Counted from the stretch's first letter, positions 7,907 through 16,997 are shown. The stretch: 64,000 nt of DNA from an uncultured Spirochaetales bacterium (GCA_964577375.1 CAZNYW010000017.1:887-64886), one strand, 5' to 3'. The notes: a model not told the origin generated them from the sequence alone. Program-made: numbers and translations.

Positions 7907-8448
7907 GCAAACCGAAGGTGGCGACTGCTTCGCTCGCCGGCTGTTTTGGCTGTCACATGTCCCTGCTCGACATAGACGAACGGATACTGCAGCTAATCGA
8001 CCTGGTTGATTTCGACAAATCGCCCATCGACGACATCAAGGAGTTCACCGGCCGCTGCCAGATCGGCCTTATCGAGGGTGGCTGCACCACCGACGAGAAT
8101 GTCCGTGTGCTCAAAAGCTTTCGTGAGCACTGCGACATCCTCATCTCGGTCGGGGACTGTGCTACCATGGGCGGTTTGCCTGCGCTTCGCAACACAGTTC
8201 CGCTGCGGGAATGTCTGGAAGAGGCCTATTTGAACGGTCCGACGGTCTACAACCCTGAGAAGAAGATACCGGGAGATCCGGAAATCCCGTTGATGCTCGA
8301 CAGGGTCTATCCCTGTCACGAAGTGGTAAAGATCGATTATTTCCTCCCCGGCTGCCCTCCCTCGGCTGACACGCTGTGGGAAGCGTTGACCGCACTTCTC
8401 AGTGATAAACCCGTGAAGCTGCCCTACTCACTGCTCAAGTACGATTGA
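7903..8448 (+). CDS. hoxY: [NiFe] hydrogenase small subunit, group-3 type (HoxY)
   Basis: Internal ATG of listed ORF 7789-8448. MSKPKVATASLAGCFGCHMS, GDCATMGG and PGCPP motifs typical of short cytoplasmic small subunits. Confidence 0.9.
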   Translation: MSKPKVATASLAGCFGCHMSLLDIDERILQLIDLVDFDKSPIDDIKEFTGRCQIGLIEGGCTTDENVRVLKSFREHCDILISVGDCATMGGLPALRNTVPLRECLEEAYLNGPTVYNPEKKIPGDPEIPLMLDRVYPCHEVVKIDYFLPGCPPSADTLWEALTALLSDKPVKLPYSLLKYD

Positions 8449-8467
8449 GCGGAAGGAGAAACAGACC

Positions 8468-9913
8468 ATGGCCCAGGAAGGTACTGCTTACAAGCGCGTC
8501 GTTATCGAACCGGTCACGAGGATCGAAGGACACGGCAAGGTCTCGCTTCTGCTCGACGAGTCGGGCGGCATACATCAGGCCCGATTCCACGTTGTCGAGT
8601 TCCGCGGATTCGAACGCTTCGTGCAGGGGCGCCCATACTGGGAAGCTCCCGTGCTGGTGCAGCGACTCTGTGGAATCTGCCCGGTGAGTCACCACCTCGC
8701 CGCGGCGAAAGCGATGGACCGAATTGTGGGCGCGGACAAGCTCACACCGACGGCGGAAAAGATGCGACGGCTGATGCACTACGGTCAGTTCTTTCAGTCG
8801 CATTCGCTGCACTTCTTCCACCTCGTTTCACCCGACCTCCTGTTCGGGTTCGAAGCGGATCCCGCGATCCGCAACGTCATCGGGGTGGCGAGAAAGTATC
8901 CCGACCTCGCCGTCCAGGGCGTCATGATGCGCAAGTTCGGACAGGAGATCATCAAGGCGACCGCCGGAAAGAAGATACACGGCACCGGGGCAATCCCGGG
9001 AGGCATAAACAAGAATCTTTCGATAGAGGAACGGGACTTTCTGTTGAAGGATATCGACCAGATGATCGAATGGTCGCGCGGCGCCGTGAAAATTGCCCGC
9101 GACTACACTGCCGAGAACGCGTCGCGGCTCGGCGAGTTCGCTGCCTTCGACTCGAATCACCTGTCTATAGTCCGTCCCGACGGGGCGCTCGAGATATACG
9201 ACGGTGAGCTGCGCGCGATCAGCGCCGACGGAAAGACGATCTTTGATCACGTGGACTGTCAGACCTTCCCGGAGTACCTTGCCGAAGAGGTTCGCGACTG
9301 GTCCTACATGAAGTTTCCGTTCATCCGGTCGCTCGGACCCGAGAAAGGGTGGTATCGCGTCGGGCCGCTTGCACGCGTCAACAACTGCAGCTTCATCGAC
9401 ACGCCCGAGGCCGAGGCTGCCAGAAAGGAATTCTACAAAACGCTCGGAGAAGGGCCATGCAACCTCACGATGGCTTATCACTGGGCGCGAATGATCGAGA
9501 CGCTGCACGCCGCTGAAAAGATTCGCGAACTGCTCAACGACAGCGACCTGCAGGGCAAGGACCTGACGGTGAAAGGCAAGCGGCGCAAAGTCGGTATCGG
9601 CGTGATCGAAGCGCCGCGCGGGACGCTCTTTCACTATTACGAGGTGGACAAGAACGACCAGATCGTGAGAGCGAATCTGATTGTCTCGACGACGAACAAC
9701 AACGAACCGATCAACAGGGCGGTCGCCGACGTGGCCGAGAAGGACCTCGCAGGCAAGGAGCTGACCGAAGGGCTTCTGAACCATATCGAGGTAGCGATTC
9801 GCGCATACGACCCCTGCCTTTCGTGTGCTACGCACGCGATGGGGCAGATGCCGCTTCTGGTGGAGCTCTACGATTCGAACAACCAGCTTCTCGACAGGAA
9901 GACCAAGGATTGA
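8468..9913 (+). CDS. hoxH: [NiFe] hydrogenase large subunit (HoxH)
   Basis: RIEGHG, N-terminal RLCGICPVSH and C-terminal DPCLSCATH Ni-Fe ligand motifs. A 24-aa C-terminal extension after the His matches a protease-processed precursor. Confidence 0.95.
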   Translation: MAQEGTAYKRVVIEPVTRIEGHGKVSLLLDESGGIHQARFHVVEFRGFERFVQGRPYWEAPVLVQRLCGICPVSHHLAAAKAMDRIVGADKLTPTAEKMRRLMHYGQFFQSHSLHFFHLVSPDLLFGFEADPAIRNVIGVARKYPDLAVQGVMMRKFGQEIIKATAGKKIHGTGAIPGGINKNLSIEERDFLLKDIDQMIEWSRGAVKIARDYTAENASRLGEFAAFDSNHLSIVRPDGALEIYDGELRAISADGKTIFDHVDCQTFPEYLAEEVRDWSYMKFPFIRSLGPEKGWYRVGPLARVNNCSFIDTPEAEAARKEFYKTLGEGPCNLTMAYHWARMIETLHAAEKIRELLNDSDLQGKDLTVKGKRRKVGIGVIEAPRGTLFHYYEVDKNDQIVRANLIVSTTNNNEPINRAVADVAEKDLAGKELTEGLLNHIEVAIRAYDPCLSCATHAMGQMPLLVELYDSNNQLLDRKTKD

Positions 9914-10383
9914 CCGAAACTGCGGAGCAGACAGTTCTGGTACTCTGCTACGGCAATCCGGCGCGCGAGGACGACGGGCTCGGGCCGGCGGTCGCCGAGA
10001 TGCTGGCGTCGTCTCCCATGGCGGGGGCGAGAGTCGAATCCAACTATCAGCTTCTGGTCGAGGATGCGGTAGCCGTCTCGGAGGCGTCACTCGTCGTCTT
10101 TGTGGACGCTGCCGCGGCGGGACCTGAACCCTTCGAGTTTCGGACAATCGAACCGGGCGAGACCGGCGGGTACATGGCGCATAGCATTGGGCCGGCGCAG
10201 CTTCTCGGGCTTGCCCGCGAGTTGTTCGGCAGGTCGCCCGTGGCATACATGCTTGCGATCCGCGGGTACTCGTTCGAGATGTTCCACGAGGGGCTCTCGC
10301 GCCGGGCGTCCGAAAACCTCTCCCGCGCGACAGAATACCTGCGCGAGTTTGTGCGTGCGAGGGTTGTCGAGGAGGTAACATGA
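9910..10383 (+). CDS. hoxW: Hydrogenase maturation endopeptidase (HoxW/HycI family)
   Basis: VLVLCYGNPAREDDGLGPAV signature and position directly after hoxH. Start taken as TTG 9910, overlapping the hoxH stop; the start is uncertain. Confidence 0.8.
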   Translation: MTETAEQTVLVLCYGNPAREDDGLGPAVAEMLASSPMAGARVESNYQLLVEDAVAVSEASLVVFVDAAAAGPEPFEFRTIEPGETGGYMAHSIGPAQLLGLARELFGRSPVAYMLAIRGYSFEMFHEGLSRRASENLSRATEYLREFVRARVVEEVT

Positions 10384-10393
10384 GGAGGCAGCG

Positions 10394-10771
10394 ATGAGGG
10401 AGGGCAAGTTCGTTGTTCTGGCGATCGATGACGACGAGGACGTCTTGTATGCTCTTCGGATAGTGCTGGAAAAGAACGGCTACGTCATGTCCGAGGCCCA
10501 TTCGGCCGAAACTGGCGTTCGCTCTTTCAAGAATGAACGACCGGACTTCATCATAGTCGATCTGATGATGGAATCGATCGACGCGGGCAAGAACCTGGTG
10601 AAGGAACTGAAGTTCCTGGGCAATGAGGCTCCGGTGTACATGCTCTCTTCGGTCGGCGACGAGCTGTCGGGAAATGTCGACGTTCGGGAGCTCGGCCTTC
10701 AGGGAGTGTTCCAGAAGCCGATTAACAACGATGTTCTCCTCAAGACCCTGGAGCGGAAGCTTAAGAAGTAG
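10394..10771 (+). CDS. Single-domain response-regulator receiver (CheY-like), last gene of the hox operon
   Basis: VVLAIDDDED, phospho-acceptor context FIIVDLMM, and MLSS / FQKP conserved positions. 125 aa with no output domain. Confidence 0.85.
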   Translation: MREGKFVVLAIDDDEDVLYALRIVLEKNGYVMSEAHSAETGVRSFKNERPDFIIVDLMMESIDAGKNLVKELKFLGNEAPVYMLSSVGDELSGNVDVRELGLQGVFQKPINNDVLLKTLERKLKK

Positions 10772-11498
10772 CGATCAGCGCTTCGAGTGCCGGTGCGAGG
10801 AATGCTGCGAAACGTCCCTCGACGAGTTCCTCGGGCTTTCCAATTTCGTCTTCGATTTCGGGCGTGTAGGGGATCTTTCCGAGCAGCGTCAATCCTCGGT
10901 CCGGCGGCAGAGGTGTCGGAGTGGTCTGGTCGTCGCGTACCATGTTGAGGATGCATCCGGCCGGATGCACGCGCCCGGCGTTCAGCACCTCCGCAAGCCG
11001 CTCCATTATGCGAAGAGACAGGGTGGATGCGCTCGAGACCAGCGCCACCCGGACTCGCGGAACGTACCGTGAAACGTCGAGAATCGCTTCGCCGATTCCC
11101 GGCGGCATGTCGATGACGAGCAGATCCAGAGAGCCCCATACGACCACTGCGAGCAGTTCCCGGATAGCGTCGGTAACCGCGTCCCCACGAAGTGCGACCC
11201 CTCGCTCGCCGGTAAACGGGGTTATTCCCATGTAGCGCAGCCCGAAGGCGGCTTCGAACGGCAGGATGCCGCCCTCTTCCTGCGGAAGGTGGGGATCGAT
11301 ACCGAGGATGAGATGGGCAGATGCACCGTGGAAATCGAGATCGAGCAGGCCCACTTTGCGGCCCGCCTTCGCGAGCAGCAGCGCAGCAGTTGCCGAGCAG
11401 CAGCTCTTGCCGACGCCGCCTTTTCCGCTGGCAAAGGCGAGAATCGTCGTTACCGATTGCAGCCGGTGCTGGATGATGGAAACCCGGGGGTCGCTCAT
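10761..11498 (-). CDS. Mrp/MinD-family P-loop ATPase (ApbC/NBP35-like), probable [NiFe]-hydrogenase Ni-insertion partner of HypA
   Basis: Deviant Walker A ASGKGGVGKS. Internal ATG 11498 of listed ORF 10761-11576 forms ATGA with the hypA stop. The 3' end overlaps the convergent receiver gene by 11 nt. Confidence 0.75.
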   Translation of the reverse strand: MSDPRVSIIQHRLQSVTTILAFASGKGGVGKSCCSATAALLLAKAGRKVGLLDLDFHGASAHLILGIDPHLPQEEGGILPFEAAFGLRYMGITPFTGERGVALRGDAVTDAIRELLAVVVWGSLDLLVIDMPPGIGEAILDVSRYVPRVRVALVSSASTLSLRIMERLAEVLNAGRVHPAGCILNMVRDDQTTPTPLPPDRGLTLLGKIPYTPEIEDEIGKPEELVEGRFAAFLAPALEALIATS

Positions 11499-11923
11499 TG
11501 AGCCTCTTGCCTCGGTTGCGGCTCGTTGAGCTCTATCGACGCCAGCGTGATTCCCCGCCCCTTTGTGACCTGGCAATCGGCACTACTGCACGAGGGGCAG
11601 TGCACGAAGGCGTGCGCGGCCTCGGGAAGAAAATGGATAGCTTCCCGGTGTTCATCGGTGAGGCCGTCCACTTGGTCGAATCCCCACTGATGGCCGCAGA
11701 CATTGCACCTGAAGCGAACGGGCTCGACAATGATGCGGACGGCATCGCGATCGTGCGGAACGTCGTCGAGCATGGTGGCAAGACCGTCCTCGAAAATCCC
11801 GCGGTCGATGTTCTGGAGCTCTCCGAAGACGAGGTTTACGGCGTGAAGTGTCGCGCCGGAATGGCCCGCCATTTCGTTTCTGATCGTCGCCGCGACGGAT
11901 TCGGCAAGTGCCCATTCGTGCAT
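11495..11923 (-). CDS. hypA: Hydrogenase nickel incorporation protein HypA
   Basis: Canonical N-terminus MHEWALAES (Ni-binding MHE) and zinc motifs CNVC...CPSC. Internal ATG of listed ORF 11495-11995. Confidence 0.9.
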   Translation of the reverse strand: MHEWALAESVAATIRNEMAGHSGATLHAVNLVFGELQNIDRGIFEDGLATMLDDVPHDRDAVRIIVEPVRFRCNVCGHQWGFDQVDGLTDEHREAIHFLPEAAHAFVHCPSCSSADCQVTKGRGITLASIELNEPQPRQEAQ

Positions 11924-12013
11924 GGAGCTATAGTAGCTCCTATTGCAGACAAGGGAAAGTGCGGATAGCATTGAATCGGCCAACAGTAGCATCATCTTAG
12001 CGGAAGGTTTCCC

Positions 12014-14335
12014 GTGAGCGAGGCTGACGAAATCCGGAGAGTACGAATCACCTATCGAGGAATTGTTCAGGGAGTCGGGTTCCGGCCCTCGGTCTATCGC
12101 TGCGCAGTCGCGTGCGGTCTCGACGGTTTCGTGCAGAACCGGCGGTCCGAGGTCGTCGCCGAGCTTCAGGGAGCTGCCGTTTCGATCGCCAGGTTCGAGA
12201 AGATGATGTCGCAGAACCTGCCTGCTCCTGCGAGAATCGAATCGACGAAAACAGATCAGATAGAGCTGCGAAAGAACTCCGGTTTTCGGATCGCCGAGAG
12301 CAGCAACTCCAGTTACATTTTCCCGCCGATTCCTCCGGACATCGCGATGTGCGACGCCTGCCGGCGAGAGCTTCTCGATCCGTCGAACAGGCGGTATCTG
12401 TATCCGTTCATAACATGTACCGAATGCGGTCCACGCTATTCAATTGTCGAAGATACGCCGTTCGATCGTGAGAGAACGTCCATGGCGGATTTCTCGCAGT
12501 GCGGCGCGTGCCGGGCCGAATACTCAGAACCTGCCGACCGTCGATTTCATTCGCAGACCAACGCGTGCGCGGAGTGCGGTCCGGTTCTGCACCTGGTGAC
12601 CGCCGCCGGACGCGCCGTGTCCGGTGATCCTCTTTCGGCGGCGGTGGAGGCGCTGGCAGGCGGCAAGGTGGTCGCTCTGCAGGGTATCGGCGGCTTTCAT
12701 CTCGCTGCCGATCCACGGTTTCCCGAGGCGGTCGCGCGTCTTCGGCTGGTGAAGAGCCGCCGGGCGAAGCCGTTTGCGCTCATGGTGCGCGACGTCGCCG
12801 AAGCGGCCGAGCTGTGCGAGCTCTCGTCGTCGGACCGGAAACTCCTCACTTCGCCGGCGAGCCCGATCATCATTCTGCCTGCGAAGGACCCCTCACCAGC
12901 GCACCTGGCCTCCGTTTCGGATCTGGGTACGCTCGGCATCATGGTACCGTACAGCCCGCTGCATTACCTTCTTTTCTTCCACCCCGGACTGCAGATTCCC
13001 TACCGGCACCTGATCATGACCAGCGGCAACCTCGGCGAGGAGCCGATCATCATCGACGAGGCGGAGGCTCGGGCGAAGCTTTCGGAGTCTGCGGACCTCT
13101 TCCTGTGCCACAATCGCCGCATACTTCTTTCGACCGACGATTCGGTCATGAGGCCTTTGCCCCCACGTGTCGGGGGCCACCATCTGGTTCGCCGTTCGCG
13201 TGGATTCGTGCCGCAGACGATCCGGGTGGCAGGGCGGGTTGCCGTACCCACGCTCGCAGCCGGAAGCGACCTCAAGAGTGCGCCCGCGCTCGGTCGGGAA
13301 CGATCGGTTCTTGTCGCGCCTCATCTCGGTGACCTTTCGAACCCTGAGAGCCGCGCTGCCTACGTCCGGACGGTTGATCAGATGCAGAGGCTGTTTGGAG
13401 GCGCGCCCTCCCGGGTGGTTTTCGATCTGCATCCTGGCTACTTCAGCTCCGGGTGGGCGATGGAGTCCTCGATTGTGCAGAAGGTGGCGGTGCAGCATCA
13501 TTACGCGCACGTGCTGTCGGTGATGGCCGAACATGGCCTCGAAGAATCGATCGGCATAGCGTTCGACGGCACCGGTTTCGGAAGCGACGGAGCAATCTGG
13601 GGCGGCGAGTTCCTGCACGCAACCCGAATGCAATTCCGGCGGCTGGGCAGCCTGCGAAGTTTTGCATTGCCGGGGGGTGAGGCTGCTATCCGCAAACCGG
13701 CGAGGATCGCCTTCTCGCTTCTGCACGGCCGCGGTGAGGTCGGCTCAGCAGACGGAACGATTGACAGGATAGGTGAAGCTGAAGCGGAGCTCCTTTCGCA
13801 GATGATCGAACAGTCACTAAACAGTCCGCTCACCTCGTCTGCGGGCAGACTGTTCGATGCGGCGTCTGCTCTTCTGGGGCTGGTCGACGAGGTAAGCTAC
13901 GAGGGTGAGGGAGCGATGAAGCTCGAAAGCGCCGCCGCCGGTGCGGCGGGCAGAGAGCGGAACGTTGACGGTCTTTTCGAAGATCTCGTACCGCTCGAGC
14001 CGGATTCAGGCGCGTCCGAGCCGTTTCTCTTCGACTTCAGACCGCTCTTTCGAGAGCTGGTGCGTAGCCGTTCATCTGAACGCGATTCCCTTTCGCTCCT
14101 GTTTCACGAGGCGATGGCGAGCGCAATTGTCAGAGGCGCGTCCGTCCTGCGGGAACGCACCGGACTCAGTACGCTCTGCCTCGCGGGCGGTGTCTTTCAG
14201 AATGCTTTGCTGTGGGAGCTTATACTGCCGGCGCTCGACCGGCAGAATTTCACGGTCTGCAGCAACCTCGCGGTCCCTCCCGGTGACGGCGGACTTGCCG
14301 TCGGACAGGCGTGGTATGCAGGCGACGGAGGTTGA
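12014..14335 (+). CDS. hypF: Carbamoyltransferase HypF
   Basis: Acylphosphatase-like N-terminus (GIVQGVGFRPSVYR), paired CxxC zinc fingers (CDACRREL, CTECGPRYS, CGACRAEY, CAECGP), then YrdC-like and Kae1-like regions. GTG start preceded by GGAAGG. Confidence 0.95.
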   Translation: MSEADEIRRVRITYRGIVQGVGFRPSVYRCAVACGLDGFVQNRRSEVVAELQGAAVSIARFEKMMSQNLPAPARIESTKTDQIELRKNSGFRIAESSNSSYIFPPIPPDIAMCDACRRELLDPSNRRYLYPFITCTECGPRYSIVEDTPFDRERTSMADFSQCGACRAEYSEPADRRFHSQTNACAECGPVLHLVTAAGRAVSGDPLSAAVEALAGGKVVALQGIGGFHLAADPRFPEAVARLRLVKSRRAKPFALMVRDVAEAAELCELSSSDRKLLTSPASPIIILPAKDPSPAHLASVSDLGTLGIMVPYSPLHYLLFFHPGLQIPYRHLIMTSGNLGEEPIIIDEAEARAKLSESADLFLCHNRRILLSTDDSVMRPLPPRVGGHHLVRRSRGFVPQTIRVAGRVAVPTLAAGSDLKSAPALGRERSVLVAPHLGDLSNPESRAAYVRTVDQMQRLFGGAPSRVVFDLHPGYFSSGWAMESSIVQKVAVQHHYAHVLSVMAEHGLEESIGIAFDGTGFGSDGAIWGGEFLHATRMQFRRLGSLRSFALPGGEAAIRKPARIAFSLLHGRGEVGSADGTIDRIGEAEAELLSQMIEQSLNSPLTSSAGRLFDAASALLGLVDEVSYEGEGAMKLESAAAGAAGRERNVDGLFEDLVPLEPDSGASEPFLFDFRPLFRELVRSRSSERDSLSLLFHEAMASAIVRGASVLRERTGLSTLCLAGGVFQNALLWELILPALDRQNFTVCSNLAVPPGDGGLAVGQAWYAGDGG

Positions 14336-14336
14336 T

Positions 14337-14570
14337 ATGTGCCTTGCGGTACCCCTACAGGTAGAGGAGATTCTCGATGCGCGAACTGCGGTGGTTGCGC
14401 AGGGCAGCTTTCGTCTCACCGTCGACATCTCCATGGTGGAGGACGCGGCTCCCGGCGATTTCGTCATCGTACATGCCGGCTTTGCCATAGAAAAACTCGA
14501 CGAACAGTCCGCACAGAAAACGCTCGCACTGTTCGACGACTTCCGGGCGGCGAATGAAGATGCAACCTGA
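14337..14570 (+). CDS. hypC: Hydrogenase assembly chaperone HypC
   Basis: MCLAVP N-terminus, 77 aa. Internal ATG of listed ORF 13941-14570, 1 nt after the hypF stop. Confidence 0.9.
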   Translation: MCLAVPLQVEEILDARTAVVAQGSFRLTVDISMVEDAAPGDFVIVHAGFAIEKLDEQSAQKTLALFDDFRAANEDAT

Positions 14571-15657
14571 TCTCGCGTTTCGCGACCGGGAGCGGGCTGC
14601 CGGCATAGTCGCCCGGATCAGAGAGATCGCGGGGCGGCTCGGCCGGGACATTCGCATCATGGAGGTGTGCGGCACACACACAGTTTCGCTTCGCAGACAT
14701 GGCATTCACTCGCTTCTGCCGCGGACCGTCCGACTTGTATCCGGGCCCGGCTGTCCGGTCTGCGTCACCCCCTCCGGCTTCGTGGCAAATGCGCTGCGAC
14801 TGATCGAGAAACGAGGCGTGACGGTCGCCACTTTCGGCGACATGGTGAAAGTTCCCGACCCGGAGGGAAGGAGTCTTTCGAGCTATCTCGGATCCGGAAG
14901 GGTGCGCATCGTGTACTCACCTCTCGAGCTTCTTGAGCTCGCGGAAGAGGTCCCGGGACCGACAGTGTTTCTCGGCATAGGGTTCGAGACAACGATCCCC
15001 GCAATCGCCTCGGTTTTTGAACGGGCCCGGCAGCAGGGGATCCGCGAACTGTACCTCTACTCGGCGTTCAAGACGGTGCCGAGAGCTCTGCGTGCACTCG
15101 TGACGGATCCCGAATGCGCAATAGACGGTTTTCTGCTTCCGGGCCACGTCTCGGTTGTCATCGGTCTCGACCCATACCGTTTCCTTGCCGGTGAGTTCGG
15201 CCTGCCCGGCGTCGTCGGTGGTTTCGAGCCGGTCGACATGCTCGGGGCAATTCTCGGCATTCTGAGTCAACTCGAAAGCGGGGTGAGCGCAATCGAGAAC
15301 GCCTATCCGCGCGCGGTGAGAGACGACGGCAACCCGGCCGCGCGCGCCGTAGTGAACCGGACGCTCGTCGAATCGGATGCCGTATGGCGTGGTCTTGGCC
15401 GCATCGACGGGAGCGGACTCCGGCTTCGCGAGGAGTATGCAGACATGGACGCCGGCCGTGTCTTTTCGCTTCCGGAGGTCGTTGATCGCGATCCGCCGGG
15501 TTGTCTGTGCGGCCGGGTCATCCAGGGCAAGGTGACCCCGCCCGAGTGCCCGCTTTTCGGCCGCCGGTGCACACCCGACAGGCCGGTTGGACCATGTATG
15601 GTATCTTCAGAGGGAACCTGCGCGGCCTACCTCAAGTACCGGGAGGAGTCTGCATGA
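14554..15657 (+). CDS. hypD: Hydrogenase maturation protein HypD
   Basis: CGTHT, GPGCPVCV and C-terminal CxxxP Cys motifs. Overlaps hypC by 17 nt (alternative ATG at 14560). Confidence 0.95.
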   Translation: MKMQPDLAFRDRERAAGIVARIREIAGRLGRDIRIMEVCGTHTVSLRRHGIHSLLPRTVRLVSGPGCPVCVTPSGFVANALRLIEKRGVTVATFGDMVKVPDPEGRSLSSYLGSGRVRIVYSPLELLELAEEVPGPTVFLGIGFETTIPAIASVFERARQQGIRELYLYSAFKTVPRALRALVTDPECAIDGFLLPGHVSVVIGLDPYRFLAGEFGLPGVVGGFEPVDMLGAILGILSQLESGVSAIENAYPRAVRDDGNPAARAVVNRTLVESDAVWRGLGRIDGSGLRLREEYADMDAGRVFSLPEVVDRDPPGCLCGRVIQGKVTPPECPLFGRRCTPDRPVGPCMVSSEGTCAAYLKYREESA

Positions 15658-16676
15658 ACGGTCACGAGCACGATCTCATCACCCTCGAGCACGGAAGCGG
15701 GGGAGCACTCTCACGTGAGCTCGTCGAACAGATAGTGTATCCCTGCTTTCACGGCGAGGCCTATCCGGAGCTCGCTGATTCCACCCGTTTCACGCTTACC
15801 GGAACGGTGTGTATGACCACCGACAGCTACACGGTAGATCCTCCCTTCTTTCCCGGCGGCGACATTGGACGGCTCGCGGTGCACGGTACGTGCAACGATC
15901 TCGCCGTCGCCGGTGCCGTACCCCGTTTCCTGAGTCTTGGTCTGATTGTGGAGGAGGGGTTCGCAGTTGCCGATCTGTCGCGTCTGCTTCGGTCGGTGAG
16001 CTCCGCTGCAGAGGAAACGGACGTCGCCGTCGTAACAGGCGACACGAAGGTGGTCCCTCGCGGCAAGGGCGGAGGGATCTACATCAACACTGCCGGGATC
16101 GGTGAGTTTCGAGCGCATCCGGCGCTCTCGGCGGCTTCAATCGAAGAGGGCGACGCCGTGCTGGTGTCGGGCCCGATCGGTGCCCACGGAATCGCCGTCA
16201 TGGCGGCACGCGAAAAGCTTCGAGTCGGTTCAGCCGTACAGTCCGACTGCGCGCCGCTCCTTCCGCTGTGCACGTCACTGGTCGCTTTCGGGAACGAGCT
16301 TCGTTTCATGCGGGATGCCACTCGCGGCGGAGTCGCCGCCGTCCTCAACGAGGCGATCTCCGGTCGGGAAATCGGGATGGAGATTGCAGAGGAGCTCCTG
16401 CCGGTAGACGCGACGGTTCAATCGGTTGCAGACATTCTGGGCCTGAGCCCGCTCGAAATAGCAAATGAAGGGGTCCTCGTCGCGGTTGTGTCGAATCGCA
16501 TCGCACAGGAGGCGGTCGCCTCTCTGCGGGCGAATGCTATCGGCCGTCGGGCGGCGGTTGTCGGCAGGATAGTCGGCGGGGGAGGACACAGCGGGTCGGT
16601 GGTGCTCGAGACGGCGGTCGGTGGGCGGCGGATTGTCGACCTGCCGAGGGGGCTCCTTCTTCCGAGGATCTGCTAG
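15654..16676 (+). CDS. hypE: Hydrogenase maturation protein HypE
   Basis: Internal ATG (MNGHEHDLITLEHGSGG) forms ATGA with the hypD stop. PurM-like fold signature and C-terminal PRIC motif. Confidence 0.95.
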   Translation: MNGHEHDLITLEHGSGGALSRELVEQIVYPCFHGEAYPELADSTRFTLTGTVCMTTDSYTVDPPFFPGGDIGRLAVHGTCNDLAVAGAVPRFLSLGLIVEEGFAVADLSRLLRSVSSAAEETDVAVVTGDTKVVPRGKGGGIYINTAGIGEFRAHPALSAASIEEGDAVLVSGPIGAHGIAVMAAREKLRVGSAVQSDCAPLLPLCTSLVAFGNELRFMRDATRGGVAAVLNEAISGREIGMEIAEELLPVDATVQSVADILGLSPLEIANEGVLVAVVSNRIAQEAVASLRANAIGRRAAVVGRIVGGGGHSGSVVLETAVGGRRIVDLPRGLLLPRIC

Positions 16677-16683
16677 GAGCGGG

Positions 16684-16712
16684 TCGACCGCCGGCGTTGG
16701 TTTCCGTATACT
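16684..16712 (+). promoter_or_regulatory. Candidate promoter TCGACC-N17-TATACT, 9 nt upstream of the PUR-like ATG
   Basis: Hexamers read from the sequence. No Shine-Dalgarno lies between the -10 and ATG 16722. Confidence 0.35.
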
Positions 16713-16721
16713 GATGAAACT

Positions 16722-16997
16722 ATGGGCATACGTGGCGAAGTTTTTTCCGCAAGGTTGAACACCGAAAGGCGGACCTATTTTTTCAACGTGAAGGAGAACC
16801 GCAAGGGCGATCTCTTTCTCAACCTTGTCGAAAGCGTGAAACAGGAAGATGCCAGCTTTGATCGCCACCAGATCTTCGTCTACAGGGAAGACATCGACGA
16901 ATTCGCGCGCAACCTGGAAAGAGCAATACGGGCGCTCAGGGGATATCGAAGCGGAAGCTCCGGCGCTGGATCTTCGAGGGGCCGTAGCGACCGATGA
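16722..16997 (+). CDS. Bacterial PUR-alpha-like ssDNA/RNA-binding protein (DUF3276-type)
   Basis: [31 protein letters not shown]...[13 protein letters not shown] matches the PUR-repeat pattern known from the spirochaetal Pur-alpha homologue. RG/SG-rich tail. Confidence 0.65.
   Translation: MGIRGEVFSARLNTERRTYFFNVKENRKGDLFLNLVESVKQEDASFDRHQIFVYREDIDEFARNLERAIRALRGYRSGSSGAGSSRGRSDR

Noticed and set aside
8828-10501. 557-aa ORF on the minus strand, antisense to hoxH/hoxW
   Set aside because: Arg/Pro/Ala-rich translation typical of antisense frames in high-GC DNA. It fully overlaps genes with unambiguous motifs (DPCLSCATH and others) and contains no motif of its own.
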